A stretch of DNA of 64,000 nt, taken from Pelagomonas calceolata. Its lineage: Eukaryota. The position numbers and the translations under genes were made by a program. The notes under the pieces are model-generated. The model ran no database searches, was not told the DNA's origin, and saw only the letters and a program-made list of their open reading frames with translations. Where the stretch lies: the NCBI GenBank assembly GCA_918797485.1, contig CAKKNE010000003.1:4774001-4838000 (forward strand), in the 5' to 3' direction. Shown here piece by piece: positions 1 to 11,200 of the stretch (its first letter is position 1; each line of letters starts with the position of its first letter).

Positions 1-164
1 CGTCGAACGCGGGGACCTTCAGGACGCTGTGGGCGGAGGGCGGCGCATCGCGCTTCTTTTCCGGCTACCTCTTCCGCACGGGGCGCATGATCCTGGCGGT
101 AGGCATCATGAACGAGTGCAAGCTCCGCCTCTCGCCGCTCCTCTTTCCGCACCACTTCGCGTAG
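1..164 (+). CDS. 3' end of a probable mitochondrial carrier (SLC25) family gene, 5'-truncated by the window
   Basis: The frame from nt 3 reads SNAGTFRTLWAEGGASRFFSGYLFRTGRMILAVGIMNECK...FA* (TAG 162-164), matching the carrier-repeat ending (E-G-x3-F-x2-G...R + hydrophobic helix). Not in the ORF track. Confidence 0.6.
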   Translation, partial: SNAGTFRTLWAEGGASRFFSGYLFRTGRMILAVGIMNECKLRLSPLLFPHHFA

Positions 165-1243
165 AGCGCCACTACCGGGCGCGGTCGGATGCCCGCGGTA
201 TTAAAGATTAGGAAGCTTCGATTAAGGGGAGCCAGGCGCACTGGGGCTGAGCCTGAGGCCCTCTCGCCAGCCAACACGGTCCCGACACGGCCGGGGAGGG
301 ATGCTGGTTGCCCTAGCTGGGGTGTCGCCCTTGGGAAGCCTGGTGAAGACCCTACTTAAGGAGCGCATCAGTTGCGGACATTGCTCGTGCCCGGGTCTTC
401 AAGTTCTTTCCGTGGTGTAAAAACTAGCACGTGCTCCGTCGCGGGGGGCCGGCTCGGCGAGGGGGGTACCCCGCGCGCGCGGTAGTTTCGGAGGACTCGG
501 AATCAGTACCAATTGTTCACTGTTAGTACACCGTGACCTTTTGAATAATACTATGGAATTAGAAGCTATAATCTTATTGACAGAGAGACACTAGTTACTC
601 GGTTTTGGGGACGCTAGCCTAGTCCCGGGGGGATGGACGCCTAGAGCCAGGCCTCTAAAGGTCCGAATCCAGCGTCACGTCTTCACCGTCGGGTCTGGGA
701 GCAGGGCCTGCCTGGGGGGGCACTGGAGGATTGTAATCGTCTGCCACATGCCCAGGCCGAGTCGTGTCACCGCCACCTGTATGAGTAAAGAGAGGACTAT
801 GAGCTTATTGACACAAGCGTAGGAAACCCGCAGAGGCACATTCCAGGGCGCAACACGCTATTGAACACGGCATTTTGCTTACGCCGCAGCGCTGGCGCCC
901 CCCGTGCCAACCGCAGACAGCTGTCGGCGCCAACCAGCCAGTTTTACGGCGCGCCACGTGGCGTTTTATAGAATTGTTTATAGACCGTCTAGAGGATTAG
1001 CTATAGTCAATTCGGGTTGCGGGGGCGCGCGCCTAGAAGGCTGACGGGGGAGCTATCTCCCGCGAGCGTGTACGTAAGCTATAGACCGTCTAGCTAGCTG
1101 CAGCTAGCCGACCGATTGCGACGACGACGGTTTTTTAGCCCCCCACCCCGCACGAAACGGGGATTGCAAAAAAATACGGGTTTTGCTTTGCAAAAAACCC
1201 GGGCTAGCTGGACCAAACGCGCAGTCAGCTGCAAGCAGGAGAC

Positions 1244-4200
1244 ATGGGCAACGCCGCGCCGCGCGCGGCGGCCGCGACGACGCCGGACGCGCCGGAGCGC
1301 CGGCTGGCCGAGGACCTGCGCCATGCCGTCGTCGTCGCGCGGCTCGGGCGCGGCCGCGTCCTCACGTCCCTGCGGTGCCGCGCGGGGGGCGCGGCGCTCG
1401 TTTTAAAGGTCCACCTCCCGCGCGCGCGCACGAAGGCGCTCGACGCCGCGAGGGACGAGGTCGCAAGGGTCCGGCGGCGGCTCGCGGACCACCCGGCGCT
1501 CGCGCCGGCCGTCGCGTTCTTCGGCAAGGTCGCGCCGCCGCGCGTCACAGGTGCCTTCGACCCGGAACGATCGCGAGCCGTCGTCGGCACGCCATCGCCG
1601 GGGCTCACACTCGCCACGCGCAGGCCGCGCCGAAGGCGGCGGCGGCGGCGTACCTCGCGAGACGGCACTTCTCGGCGTCGCTCGCCGACCGGCTCCAGCG
1701 AAGGCCGTTCCTCGTCGGGGTCGAGCGGCTCTGGCTGATATATCAGCTCCTCGACGCGCTCGCGCACGCCCACGCGCGGGGCGTGGTCCACGGCGACGTG
1801 AGAAGTGAAAACATCATGGTCGCCGAGTGGTGCTTCTGCGTTTTGGTCGACTTCGCCGCCCACAAACCCGCGACGCTGCGCGACGACGGCCCCGCGGTTT
1901 TGGAGCACTTCGCGGCGGGCGACGGCGCGCAGCGCGCGGCGCGCTGCTACGTGGCGCCCGAGCGCCTCGTGCGGGACCTCTCCCCCGAAACCGGCGGGTT
2001 TCTCCGCCCGCCGGCCGACGTCTTCGCCGCCGGCTGCGTCGCCGCGGAGATCCTCAACGGCGGCGCGCCGACGCTGGACGTCGCCGCCGCCCTGGCGCTC
2101 GCGCGCGCGACGGTGGACCGGGCGCGGCCGCCGCCGCCGGCCGTCCTCGCGCTGCGGCCGGCGGCGGCGCGGGCGGCCGTCGCGGCGATGCTCGCGCGCG
2201 ACCCGGACGCGCGCGGCGGCGCGGCGGACCACGCGGCGGCCGTCGCGGTCGTCGCCGCGGGCGCGTGCGGCGCGCCGGCGGACGCGTTCCCCGCCGCCGC
2301 GCGCCTCGGCCGCGCCGCGCTGGCGCGGCCGACGCCCGACGCGCGCGTCGCGCTCGCGTGCCGCGCGTATGGTGGGCTCGCGCGCGCGCTCGGCGGCGCG
2401 TCGGACGCCGACGGCGCCGCGGCGCTCGCGGCGGCCGGCGCCGCGCTCGACGGCGACGGCGCGACGGAGGCTCCGCTCGCGCGGCCCGGCGCGGCGGCGG
2501 CGGCGGCCGCCGCCGCTGATGACGGCGGCGCGCCGGCGGCCGGCGGCGCGCTGCCGCTCGCGGCGCAGCTCGTCTGCGCGGCGCTGCGCCACTGCCGCGC
2601 CCCGGCGGCGCGCCTCGCGGGCCTCGCGCTCCTCGGCCGCCTCGGCCGCCGCCTCGACGACGAGGCGCGGCTCCAGACCCTGCTGCCGCACGCCCTGCGC
2701 GCGCTCGACGACCCGACGCCGGGCGTGCGCGCCGCGGCGTGCCGCGTCGCCGCGGGGCTCTGCCGGCGCGTGGCGACGTGGCCGTCGTCCGACGCGGCGC
2801 TGTTCCCGGCGTACGTCTTCCCCCGCGTCGCGCCGCTCGCGCGCGACGCCGAGCCCGTCGTCGCGGCGGCGTTCGCCGGCGCGTGCGGCGCGCTGCTCGC
2901 GGCGGCGCGGCGCTTCGACGCCGCCGCCGACGGCGGCGACGCGCTCCGGGCGACCGCGGCGCGCTGGGTCGCCGAGCTCGCGACCGGCCGCGCCGGCGCC
3001 GTGCGCGCCGACGCCGTCGCGGCGCTGCGCGACGTGTTCCGGGCGCTCGGCGGCGACGCGGCGGCGCGCGACGCCGTGCTGCCGCACGCGCTCGCGGCGC
3101 TGAACGACGCGACCGCGACCGCGAGGCGCGCCGCGTGCGGCGTCGCGGCGGCGCTCGCCGCGGGCGACGACGTCGCCTCGTCGCTCGTCGCGCCGTGCCT
3201 CCGCCAGGCGCTCGGCGACCCGGCGCCGTCCGCCCGCGCCGCCGCGCGCCGGGCGCTCGCGGCGCTCGGCGACGCGGGCGGCGCCGAGGACGCGCCGCGC
3301 GCGCGCCGCGGGCCGGTGGACGCGACGCGCGGCGGTCCCCGCGTCGGCGGCGTCGCGGCCGCGCCGGTCGCGCCGCCGGGCGCCGCGCGCGCGCTCCTCG
3401 CGCCGGACCAGCGCTTCGCCGGCCTCGCGGTCCGGCCGCCCGCCGGCGCCGGCGCCGGCGACGGCGACGACGGCGACGACGCCGTCCGGCGGCGCCACGG
3501 CGTCGTCGACGGCCGCCGGCCGCGCGGCGGCGCGGCCGGCGCGCGGCCCGCGCGGCCCGGCCGGGGCGACGCGCCGCTCGCGCGCCGCGTCGCCGCGCTC
3601 GGCGTGCCGCCGCTGCCGCCGGCGGGCCTCCGGCCGCTGCGCCAGCCGTCGGACGGCCGCGCGTTCAGCTGGTACGCGGCGCCGCTCGAGGTCGACGAAC
3701 GGACGCGCGACCGGCGCGCGGACTGGCGGCCGCAGCACCCCGGCCGGTGCGTGGCGACGCTCGACGAGCACGCGGCCGCCGTGCGGCGCCTCGCGGTCGG
3801 CCAGGACCAGAGCTTCGTGGCGACGGCGTCCGACGACGGCTCGTGTCGCGTCTGGGCGACGGCGCGGCTGCTGGACGGGGACGCGCCGCCCTCGGCCGCG
3901 CGCTACGACGGCCACGGCGGGCCGGTGCTCGACTGCTGCCACGTCGACAACGCGCGGTGCGTAGTTAGCGGAGGCGCCGACGGCGCCGCGCACGTCTGGT
4001 CCGTGGAGCTCGCCGGCGCCGGGCCGGGGGCGGCGGCGACGCCGCGCGTCCGCGCGCCGCTCCGGCCGCCGCGCGACGAGGGCCCGTGCGCGTGCGTCGC
4101 GCACTTCGGCACGGACGCCGCGTCGTGCGTCGCGTACGCGACGGCGCGCGCGGTCCGGTTCGCGGACCTGCGCGCGCGGCGCGACGAGGCGCTCGCCGCC

Positions 4201-4998
4201 GCGGTCCCGGCCGAGCTCGGGCCGCTGTCGGCCGTCGCGCTGGGGCCCGGTGGCCGCTGGTTCGTCGCGGGCACGGGCGCCGGGCACGTGTGCGCGTGGG
4301 ACGCGCGCAGGCCGGACCTCGTCGCGAGCGCCTGGCGCCACTCCTCGGGCCAACGGGTCCGCCGCCTCGCGACGTGCGCCCGGCTGCCGCCCGCGCCGGC
4401 CGACGAGGCGCGGCCGCTGGCGTTCGTCGCGTGCGGCGACAACGAGGTCGGCGTGTGGGACGTGCGCGAGGGCGGGGCGCCGCTGCGGTGCTTTCGGGCG
4501 CGGCGCGCGCTCGGGGGCGCGGACGCGTCGCCGGAGGCGCGCTGGGCGCTTCCCACCCTGGACCCCGTCCCCCTGCGGCCGCACCCGCGCGCCCGCTGCG
4601 GCGCCGCGGCCACGGTCCCCCGCGGCGGCCCGGCGCCGGGCGTCCGCGCGCTCATGGGCCGCGTCTCGCAGCGCGGCGCCTCGTACCTCGTCACGGGCGG
4701 CGACGACGCGCACGTCCGGTACTGGGACCTGGCGACGCCCGCGAACTCGTACACGGTGTCGGGACCCGCGGCCGGCGCGCCGCGTCCGACGTACGCCGCG
4801 CCGCCCGCCGACGCGACGCTCGTCGTGTGTCGCGACTTCGCCGCGCCGCCGGCCGAGGCGCGCGCCGCCGCGCCCGCGCCGCCGCCGCCGTCGTCGCTGG
4901 CCCACCGCGACGCCGTCCTCGACTTGAAGTCGGTGGACCTGCCGGCCAAGCTCATGCTCTCCGCGTCGCGCGACGGCGTCGTCAAGTGCTGGCGGTGA
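1244..4998 (+). CDS. VPS15: VPS15/PIK3R4-like protein (kinase + HEAT + WD40); exons 1244-1528 and 1624-4998
   Basis: MGN myristoylation-type start, then SLADRLQRRPFL, HGDVRSENIMV, VDFA..KP, RCYVAPER, HEAT-like LLPHAL/LFPAYVFP and C-terminal WD40 repeats. Removing a phase-0 GT-AG intron at 1529-1623 joins the two ORF frames. Confidence 0.88.
1529..1623 (+). mobile_element. 95-nt GT-AG intron, probably Introner-derived
   Basis: The intron start gtcgcgccg matches the next exon start gccgcgccg (8/9). Inner ends ccgcgcgt...acgcgcag are an imperfect inverted repeat, and there is a ctcac branch-like motif. Confidence 0.65.
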
Positions 4999-5404
4999 CG
5001 CCGACCTATCTCCCTCCTTCGGAGGAGGATGCATTTCCATAAATGTCCGTTGTGTGCTAGTACTCATGGAGCGTTCGACTGAGCGGTAGGGAGACTCCCT
5101 TAGGCTCACTGGTCGCAGCAGGCCTGGGCCGCTCGATCCCGCGAGACTCGAGCCTGGGAGGTTTGCCTCCGGCGAACTTTAACCGCCGGCTGGGATTCCA
5201 GTTTATTCTCCGCCACCGCCGTCACGGCGTGACGTCGAGGCGTTTGTGGGTTCGGACTGGTCACGGGTCAAGATACCTTTCGGTACCTAAAAAAGATACC
5301 TCATGCGATACTCAGCAGCGGAGCGCCAAGCAGGAACGCTGCGAGCCGCGGGCAACCTTGACCGGGGCACGCAGAAGGCCGCGCAAAAACCCAACGGCGA
5401 GAGC

Positions 5405-7859
5405 ATGGGCAAGACCATCAAGGTGTGCGTTCGGACGCGGCCGACGGCCCAGTTCGCGGCGGGCCACATCGCCATCGACGCGGACCGCAACGCCATCACG
5501 ATCGACAAGGGCCACGAGGCGAGTCCCGACGGCGTCTGCAACAACGCCCAGTCGCGCTTCGACTTCCGGTTCCACCACGTGCTCCACAACGCGAGCCAGG
5601 ACACGGTCTACGAGACGCTCGCGCGCGACGTCGTGCAGGACGTGGTGGACGGCATCAACGGCACGATCATGACGTACGGCCAGACGGGCTCGGGCAAGAC
5701 CTTCACGATGCTCGGCGACATGAACAACTACGTCCACCGCGGCGTCGCGCCGCGGGCCCTCGCGCACGTCTTCGCCGACGTGGCCGCGCGCATCGAGACG
5801 CAGTACACGGTCGTGTGCACGTACATGGAGATCTACAACGAGCGCATCTTCGACCTGCTCAAGGCGCTCGGCGACGAGGACGCGCGGAACGACTACCAGA
5901 TCGTCGAGGAGAAGGGGGGGCGGGGCGTGTTCGTGCGGGGCCTGACGGAGGTCGAGGTCGCGTCCGAGGCCGAGGCGCTCAACCTGCTCTACTCGGGCCA
6001 GCTCGCGCGGACGACGGCGCAGCACAAGCTGAACCGCAACTCGAACCGGTCGCACTCCATCTTCACCGTGACGCTGCGGCAGCAGAGCCGGTCGGGCGTG
6101 AGCGAGAAGGTCGTGACGTCCAAGCTCAATTTGGTGGACCTGGCGGGCTCGGAGCGCCTCAAGAAGACCATGGAGGGCGCCGACGGAACGGCGTACGACG
6201 TCGACGCGACGATGAAGAAGGAGTCCATGTACATCAACCAGAGCCTCACGTACCTGGAGCAGTGCGTCGTCGGCCTCTCGAAGCGCGCCCCGCAGCACGT
6301 CGCCTACCGCCAGACGAAGCTGACGGGCGTCCTGAAGGACTCGCTCGGCGGGAACTGCGCCACGCTGCTCTTCGCGTGCATGTGGGCCGAGTCGGCGCAC
6401 CTCGAGGAGACCGTGTCCACGCTGCGCCTGGCGCAGCGCATGATGCGCGTCCAGAACACGGCCGAGAAGGTCCAGACCACGGACCCCGCGCGCCTCGCAC
6501 GGAAGCAGGAGCGGCTCATCCGCGACCTGCGGCAGGAACTGCTGATGCACGACGCGCTGGCGGACCGCAGCGGCGTCAAGTACGACCCGTACACGCCGGA
6601 GGAGCAGGCCATCATCGCGGCCCAGTGCAGGCGCTACGCGGACGCGGACGAGGCGCGCGCCGCGGACCTGCTCGAGTTCGACAGCGTGCGGCAGATGCGG
6701 GAGATGTGCGCGCAGTTCAAGAAGTTGTTGCGGGACGCCGAGGCCAAGGCCGTGCGCGCGCGGACGGCGATGACGTCGGCGGGCGGCGTGCCGACCGGGC
6801 TCTTCGCGGGCGACGAGGTGGGCATGGGCGAGGACGGCGGCGACGCCGAGGCGGCCGGCGTCGGCGACGCCGAGGCGGGCCGCGGCCTGTCCCTGGGCCG
6901 CGCGCCGGACGCGTCGCGGCCCCTCGTCGTCGTGGACGCGCGGTCGCCCGAGCGCGCGTCGCTCGCCGAGCGGAGCGTCGGCCTCGGCGCCGAGCGGCGC
7001 GGAAAAATAAATCGAACGTTCGCAGCCCCCTCCCATCGGGGCGCCGTGTGCGGCCGGCGCGTCGCTCGTTCGTGTGCGGCCGGCGCGTCGCTCGTTTCTT
7101 CAAAGGCCGCCGCCGCGTTCCGCCCGTCCGAGGAGAAGCCGCGGCCGAGCGCGGTTCCACGCAGGCGCCGAGTCGCCGTCCGTCGACGCGTTCTCGGCCG
7201 AACTCGCGGGGAGCCCCCTGTCCAAAATGGGCGACGGGGACATCGTCAACGACCGCAGCCGCGCGTTCGAGCACTACAAGCGCCAGGCGGGACGCGCGAC
7301 GCACGAGAAGCTCCAGCGCGCCAAGCGCGCGCGGTCCGACGCCAAGTCCCAAATCCGCGACGCCGCGGCGCGCGCGGACGCGGCGAAGCGCGACATCGCG
7401 GACGTCGACGAGAGGCTCGAGGAGACGCGCCGGCGCCGCCGCGAGAAGATCCGGGCGGCGGGGCGCGACGACGACGACGTCGTCGACGACGAGGAGTTCG
7501 TCTTGATGCGCGCGGGCCGCGACGCGAAGCGGGACTACCGGGACGCGCACGGCGCGTGGCTCGCGGCGCGGCGCGACCACGCGGCGGCGGCGCTGGACGT
7601 CGACGCGACGAAGGCCCAACTCGTCGACGACTTCCAGCAGTTCTTCGCGCAGCTGCAGCGGCGCGCCGGCCTGGCGGAGGAGGCGGGCCCCGGCGACAAG
7701 CTCGACGACCAGGAGGCCTTCGACAAGCTCGAGATGGAGCGCGTCGCCGCCCAGGACCCCGACGCGCTCGCGTTCTTCCGGGCGCAGAAGACGCGGCGCG
7801 CGACCGCCACGCAGAATCGGTCGCACCTCCGGCAGCTCCACCGCAACAAGCGGACGTAG
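5405..7859 (+). CDS. KIF9: Kinesin-9 family (KIF9-like) motor; exons 5405-6986 and 7165-7859
   Basis: VCVRTRP, YGQTGSGKTFTM P-loop, NSNRSHSIF, LVDLAGSER and a KIF9-like tail (LRQELLMHDALA..YDPYT). A phase-1 intron joins the motor frame to the coiled-coil ORF 7074-7859. Confidence 0.85.
6987..7164 (+). mobile_element. Introner element, 178-nt GC-AG intron
   Basis: Perfect 8-bp TSD gcgccgag at 6987-6994 and 7165-7172. Element ends are cggcgcggaa...ttccacgcag. Splicing from the TSD GC to the terminal AG restores the frame exactly. Contains an internal ~25-bp tandem duplication (gtgtgcggccggcgcgtcgctcgtt). Confidence 0.88.
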
Positions 7860-8218
7860 GCCCTCTTCCCTCCCCCAAACTCCCGTTAGCTATCCTGACC
7901 GTGACTGAGCAAGGAGCTAAGCTCTTACTAGTAGGGCTAAGGCCGGCGGGAGCCTGAGGTTTTTCAACTTTAAAACCTTTTTGAAAACTTGAACCAGACG
8001 GATTCAAGTTCGGTCCAGAATACTAGTGCCAGTGAATATCAGACCGTAATTCCCGCTCTGCCACCGAGCGCCTTCGAGCGGTGAACTCCACGTAGGAGGT
8101 GCTCTACGACGAGTCGTCGCGGCGCGCCTACGACGCCGCGTCCGAGTCCGGGCTCGACTAGATAATAAGTCGACTCGGATAGTGACTCCAGACGAGTCAA
8201 ATATATCTATATGTCTAC

Positions 8219-11200
8219 TTACTTTTCCACGAGAAGCGCCTCGAGCCGCGCGACGCGCCGTTCGAGGCCGTCGTGCTTCGCCGCGAGCGCCGCGAGCGCC
8301 GCCGCGAGGACGGGCGCGGCGCGGCCGTACGCGACGTGCTTGAAGCCGTCGGCGTCGTCGTAGACGAGCGACGGGAACGCCTCCTCGACGCGCTGGGCCA
8401 CGAAGCCGACGTCGCGGCGCGCGGGGAAGTTCCGCGCCGGGAACTCGTCCCTTTTGTAGGAGAACGCGTACGCGCCGAGGCTCCCGTTGCGGAGCGCGCC
8501 GAGGCACGCGGCGCCATCCAATACCGCCAGGTCGCGCTTGAAGCGCGCGTCGGACGAGTCGATGTACGCGCCGGAGCCCATGACCGTCCCCCCGACCACG
8601 ACCGACCCTCCGACGAAGGCGTCGCTCTTCACGTCCAGCGCGCCGCCCACGTTGACGTTCCGGGGCGCGTGCACGGCCGCGTCCGCGTCCACGTAAAGGC
8701 CGTCCTCGGCCTCGAGCGCGCCGCCGTCGCCCGCGACGACGAGCGCGCGCCGACTCGCGTCGAGGGACCCGACCAGCACGACGTCGGCGGCGACGAACTC
8801 CAGGCCCGCGGCGCCGCCGCCCTCGAACTGCCCGTCGCGGATGACGTGGCCGCGCGCGTCGACGTCGCCCGCGAGCGCGCCGACGGCGAGCCGCGGGATG
8901 GCGACGGCGTGGTCGGCGCCGGCCGCGCACCAGGCCTCCGCGGCAACCAGGGCCCCGTCTTCCCCGAAGACGGCCGCGGCGCCGCGCGCGGGCGCGTCGA
9001 CGTACGTCAGCTCCTCGACGGCGAGCTTCTCGAGCCCCTCGACCGAGCCGCCCTCGATCCTCGCGTTCTTCAGGCGCGCGTTGTTCGCGAAGTCGAGGTC
9101 CCCCACGATGGTCGCGGCGCCGAGACGTTCGACGTGCAGCGTGCGGTCGCGGTAGTACAGCTCGGGCGTCGCGCCGAGCGCGCCGCCCGGCCCGACCAGG
9201 ACCGGGCGCTCGAAGCCCTCCGGGGGATTGCTCTTGGTCCCGGGGGCGTGGTCCAGCCGCAGCACCTGCGCGGCGACCTGGGCCAGGCCCGTCGCGGAGC
9301 CGCCCTCGATGCGCGCGTCCTTGATCGCGTGGCCGCCCATGTGCAGGGGCGCGTCGACCGAGGTCGTGACCATGAGCCGCCTGCGTGCAAATGAGCCAGT
9401 GAGCCGCATGCTGACTCGCGGGCGGACGCACGGCAGTCGACATGTCGCGACGAGGGCGCGCAGCGAACGTCGAGGCGTACGCCCATGCGAAGGCGCCGCC
9501 GCGAAAGTTGACGCCCGCACCGGGAGCCGCCCGACGCGCAGCCGCAGCGACGGCGACTCTTTGGGACCGCCCTTGACCCGGTCGACGGAGATAAAGTCCG
9601 CGTCGGCGTCGAGGAACCCCTTGGGGCCGTAGAAGACGACGCCGCTTTGTTGGGAGTCGCCGGTCCGGCTCGACAGCCGGCCCGCGCGGACGGCGTGCGG
9701 CCCGACGTCCAAGTCGGCCGCCGCGTCGAGCCGCGAAACGCCGACGAACTCCGTCACCGACGACCGCGTCACCGCCGCGCCGGCCGCTGCGACCGCGCCG
9801 GCCGCGTCGCCGCCGATCGCCGCCCAGCGGCGATCGCCGCCCTGGTAGAAGACGCGCGTGCTCCCCGCGGGGACGACGTGGCCGTCGAGCGTCGCCGCGT
9901 CGCCGTCCGAGTTCCGCACGACGAGCTGCCGCGCGTCCGGCCCGCCGTCGCCCTCGACCGACATCGCGTTGCCGCTGCCCCGCCGCCCGTCCTCCAGGAT
10001 CTCGACGTACGACGCGCCGGCCGGGACGGCCACGCGCGCCCCGGCCTTCGCCTCCGTCCGCTGGAGCCTCACCGCGCCGCCGACCGCCAGGTCGCCGCCG
10101 AAGACCGCGCCGCCGGCCGACCGGACGCCGCCCCGGGCGACGAGCGCGCCGGACGCGTCGACGCTGAAGACCGACTGGCCCTTGACGACGCCATCGACGA
10201 GGCGCGCCGCGCCGCGCGCGAACGGCGTCGGCGGAGCCAGCGCCGGCGCCTCGAGCGTCAGCACGCTGCCGCCGAACTGCGCGTGCGTCGCCGAGGCCCG
10301 GAGGGGCGCGCCGCCGGCGGCCCTCGAGGCCGCCTCGACGCCGCCGTCCTCGAGCGCGAGCCCGCCCCTGAGCGTCAAGGCGCCGCTCCGGACCTCGAGG
10401 CCGCCGTCGACGCGGAGCCCGCCGGCGCCCACGTCCACGCCGCCGCCGTGGACGCGGAGCCCGCCCGCCGTGACGCGCACGCCGCCCGCGAGCACGTCGA
10501 GGGCGCCGTCGCCGCGGACCGCGAAGACCTCGTTCGTCCCGCGGAACGCCGCGACGATGGGGCCGTCGCCGTCGCGCCGCTCGAGCCGGAGCGCCGGCGC
10601 GGCGCCGGCGCCGCGCGCCGTCGCGCCGGCCGTCGCGACGAGCGCGTCGGCCGTCGCGACGCCGCCCTCGAGCGTCACGCCGGCCGCGGCGACCGCGCCG
10701 GCGACCGTGAGCGAGCCGAACGACCCCGGCCCCTCGCTCGCGAGGCCGGCCCGGCCGACCGCGACCGGCTGGTCTTTGGCGACGCGCAGCGCGGGCGCGT
10801 CCGCCGGGCCCGCGACCAGGAGGTCGCCCTTTGCGCTCGCGAACGCGGCGCCGCCCGAGAACGTCGCCGGGCCGCGCGCGTCGAGCGCGCCGGCGACGGC
10901 CACGCCGCCGTCGAACGCCGCGGCCCCGGCCGCGCGGATGTGCCCGTCGCCGCGCACGGCGAGCACGTCGCCGCCCCGCCCGCCGGCGCCCACGCGCAGG
11001 TAGTGGAAGTCCGGCGACGCCGCGCGCTTCGCCTCCAGGCCCAAAATCGTGCCCGAGTAGAACGGGCCTTCACTCCGATACAATTGAAGCGTGTCCGCGT
11101 CCTTGTTGTCGTCGCAGGCGTCCCGCCGCCAGCCCGCGCGGCACCGGCACTTTCCCGTCGCCAGGTCGCAGTCGCCGTGGTTCGAGCACGGCGCGTGCTC

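Noticed and set aside
2000..4900. CGCCGGCG and GCCGCGGC words in coding DNA as footprints
   Set aside because: They fit the grammar but are expected by chance in Ala/Gly-rich, very GC-rich exons.
1225..5109. Very long antisense and alternate-frame ORFs (e.g. 1225-5109, 9647-11902, 32806-35178, 41346-43511, 62370-63968)
   Set aside because: These are Arg/Ala/Gly-rich shadows of real genes; stop codons are rare at this GC content.
1529..7164. Apparent frameshifts in VPS15 and kinesin suggesting pseudogenes or programmed frameshifting
   Set aside because: Each is resolved exactly by a phase-compatible intron.
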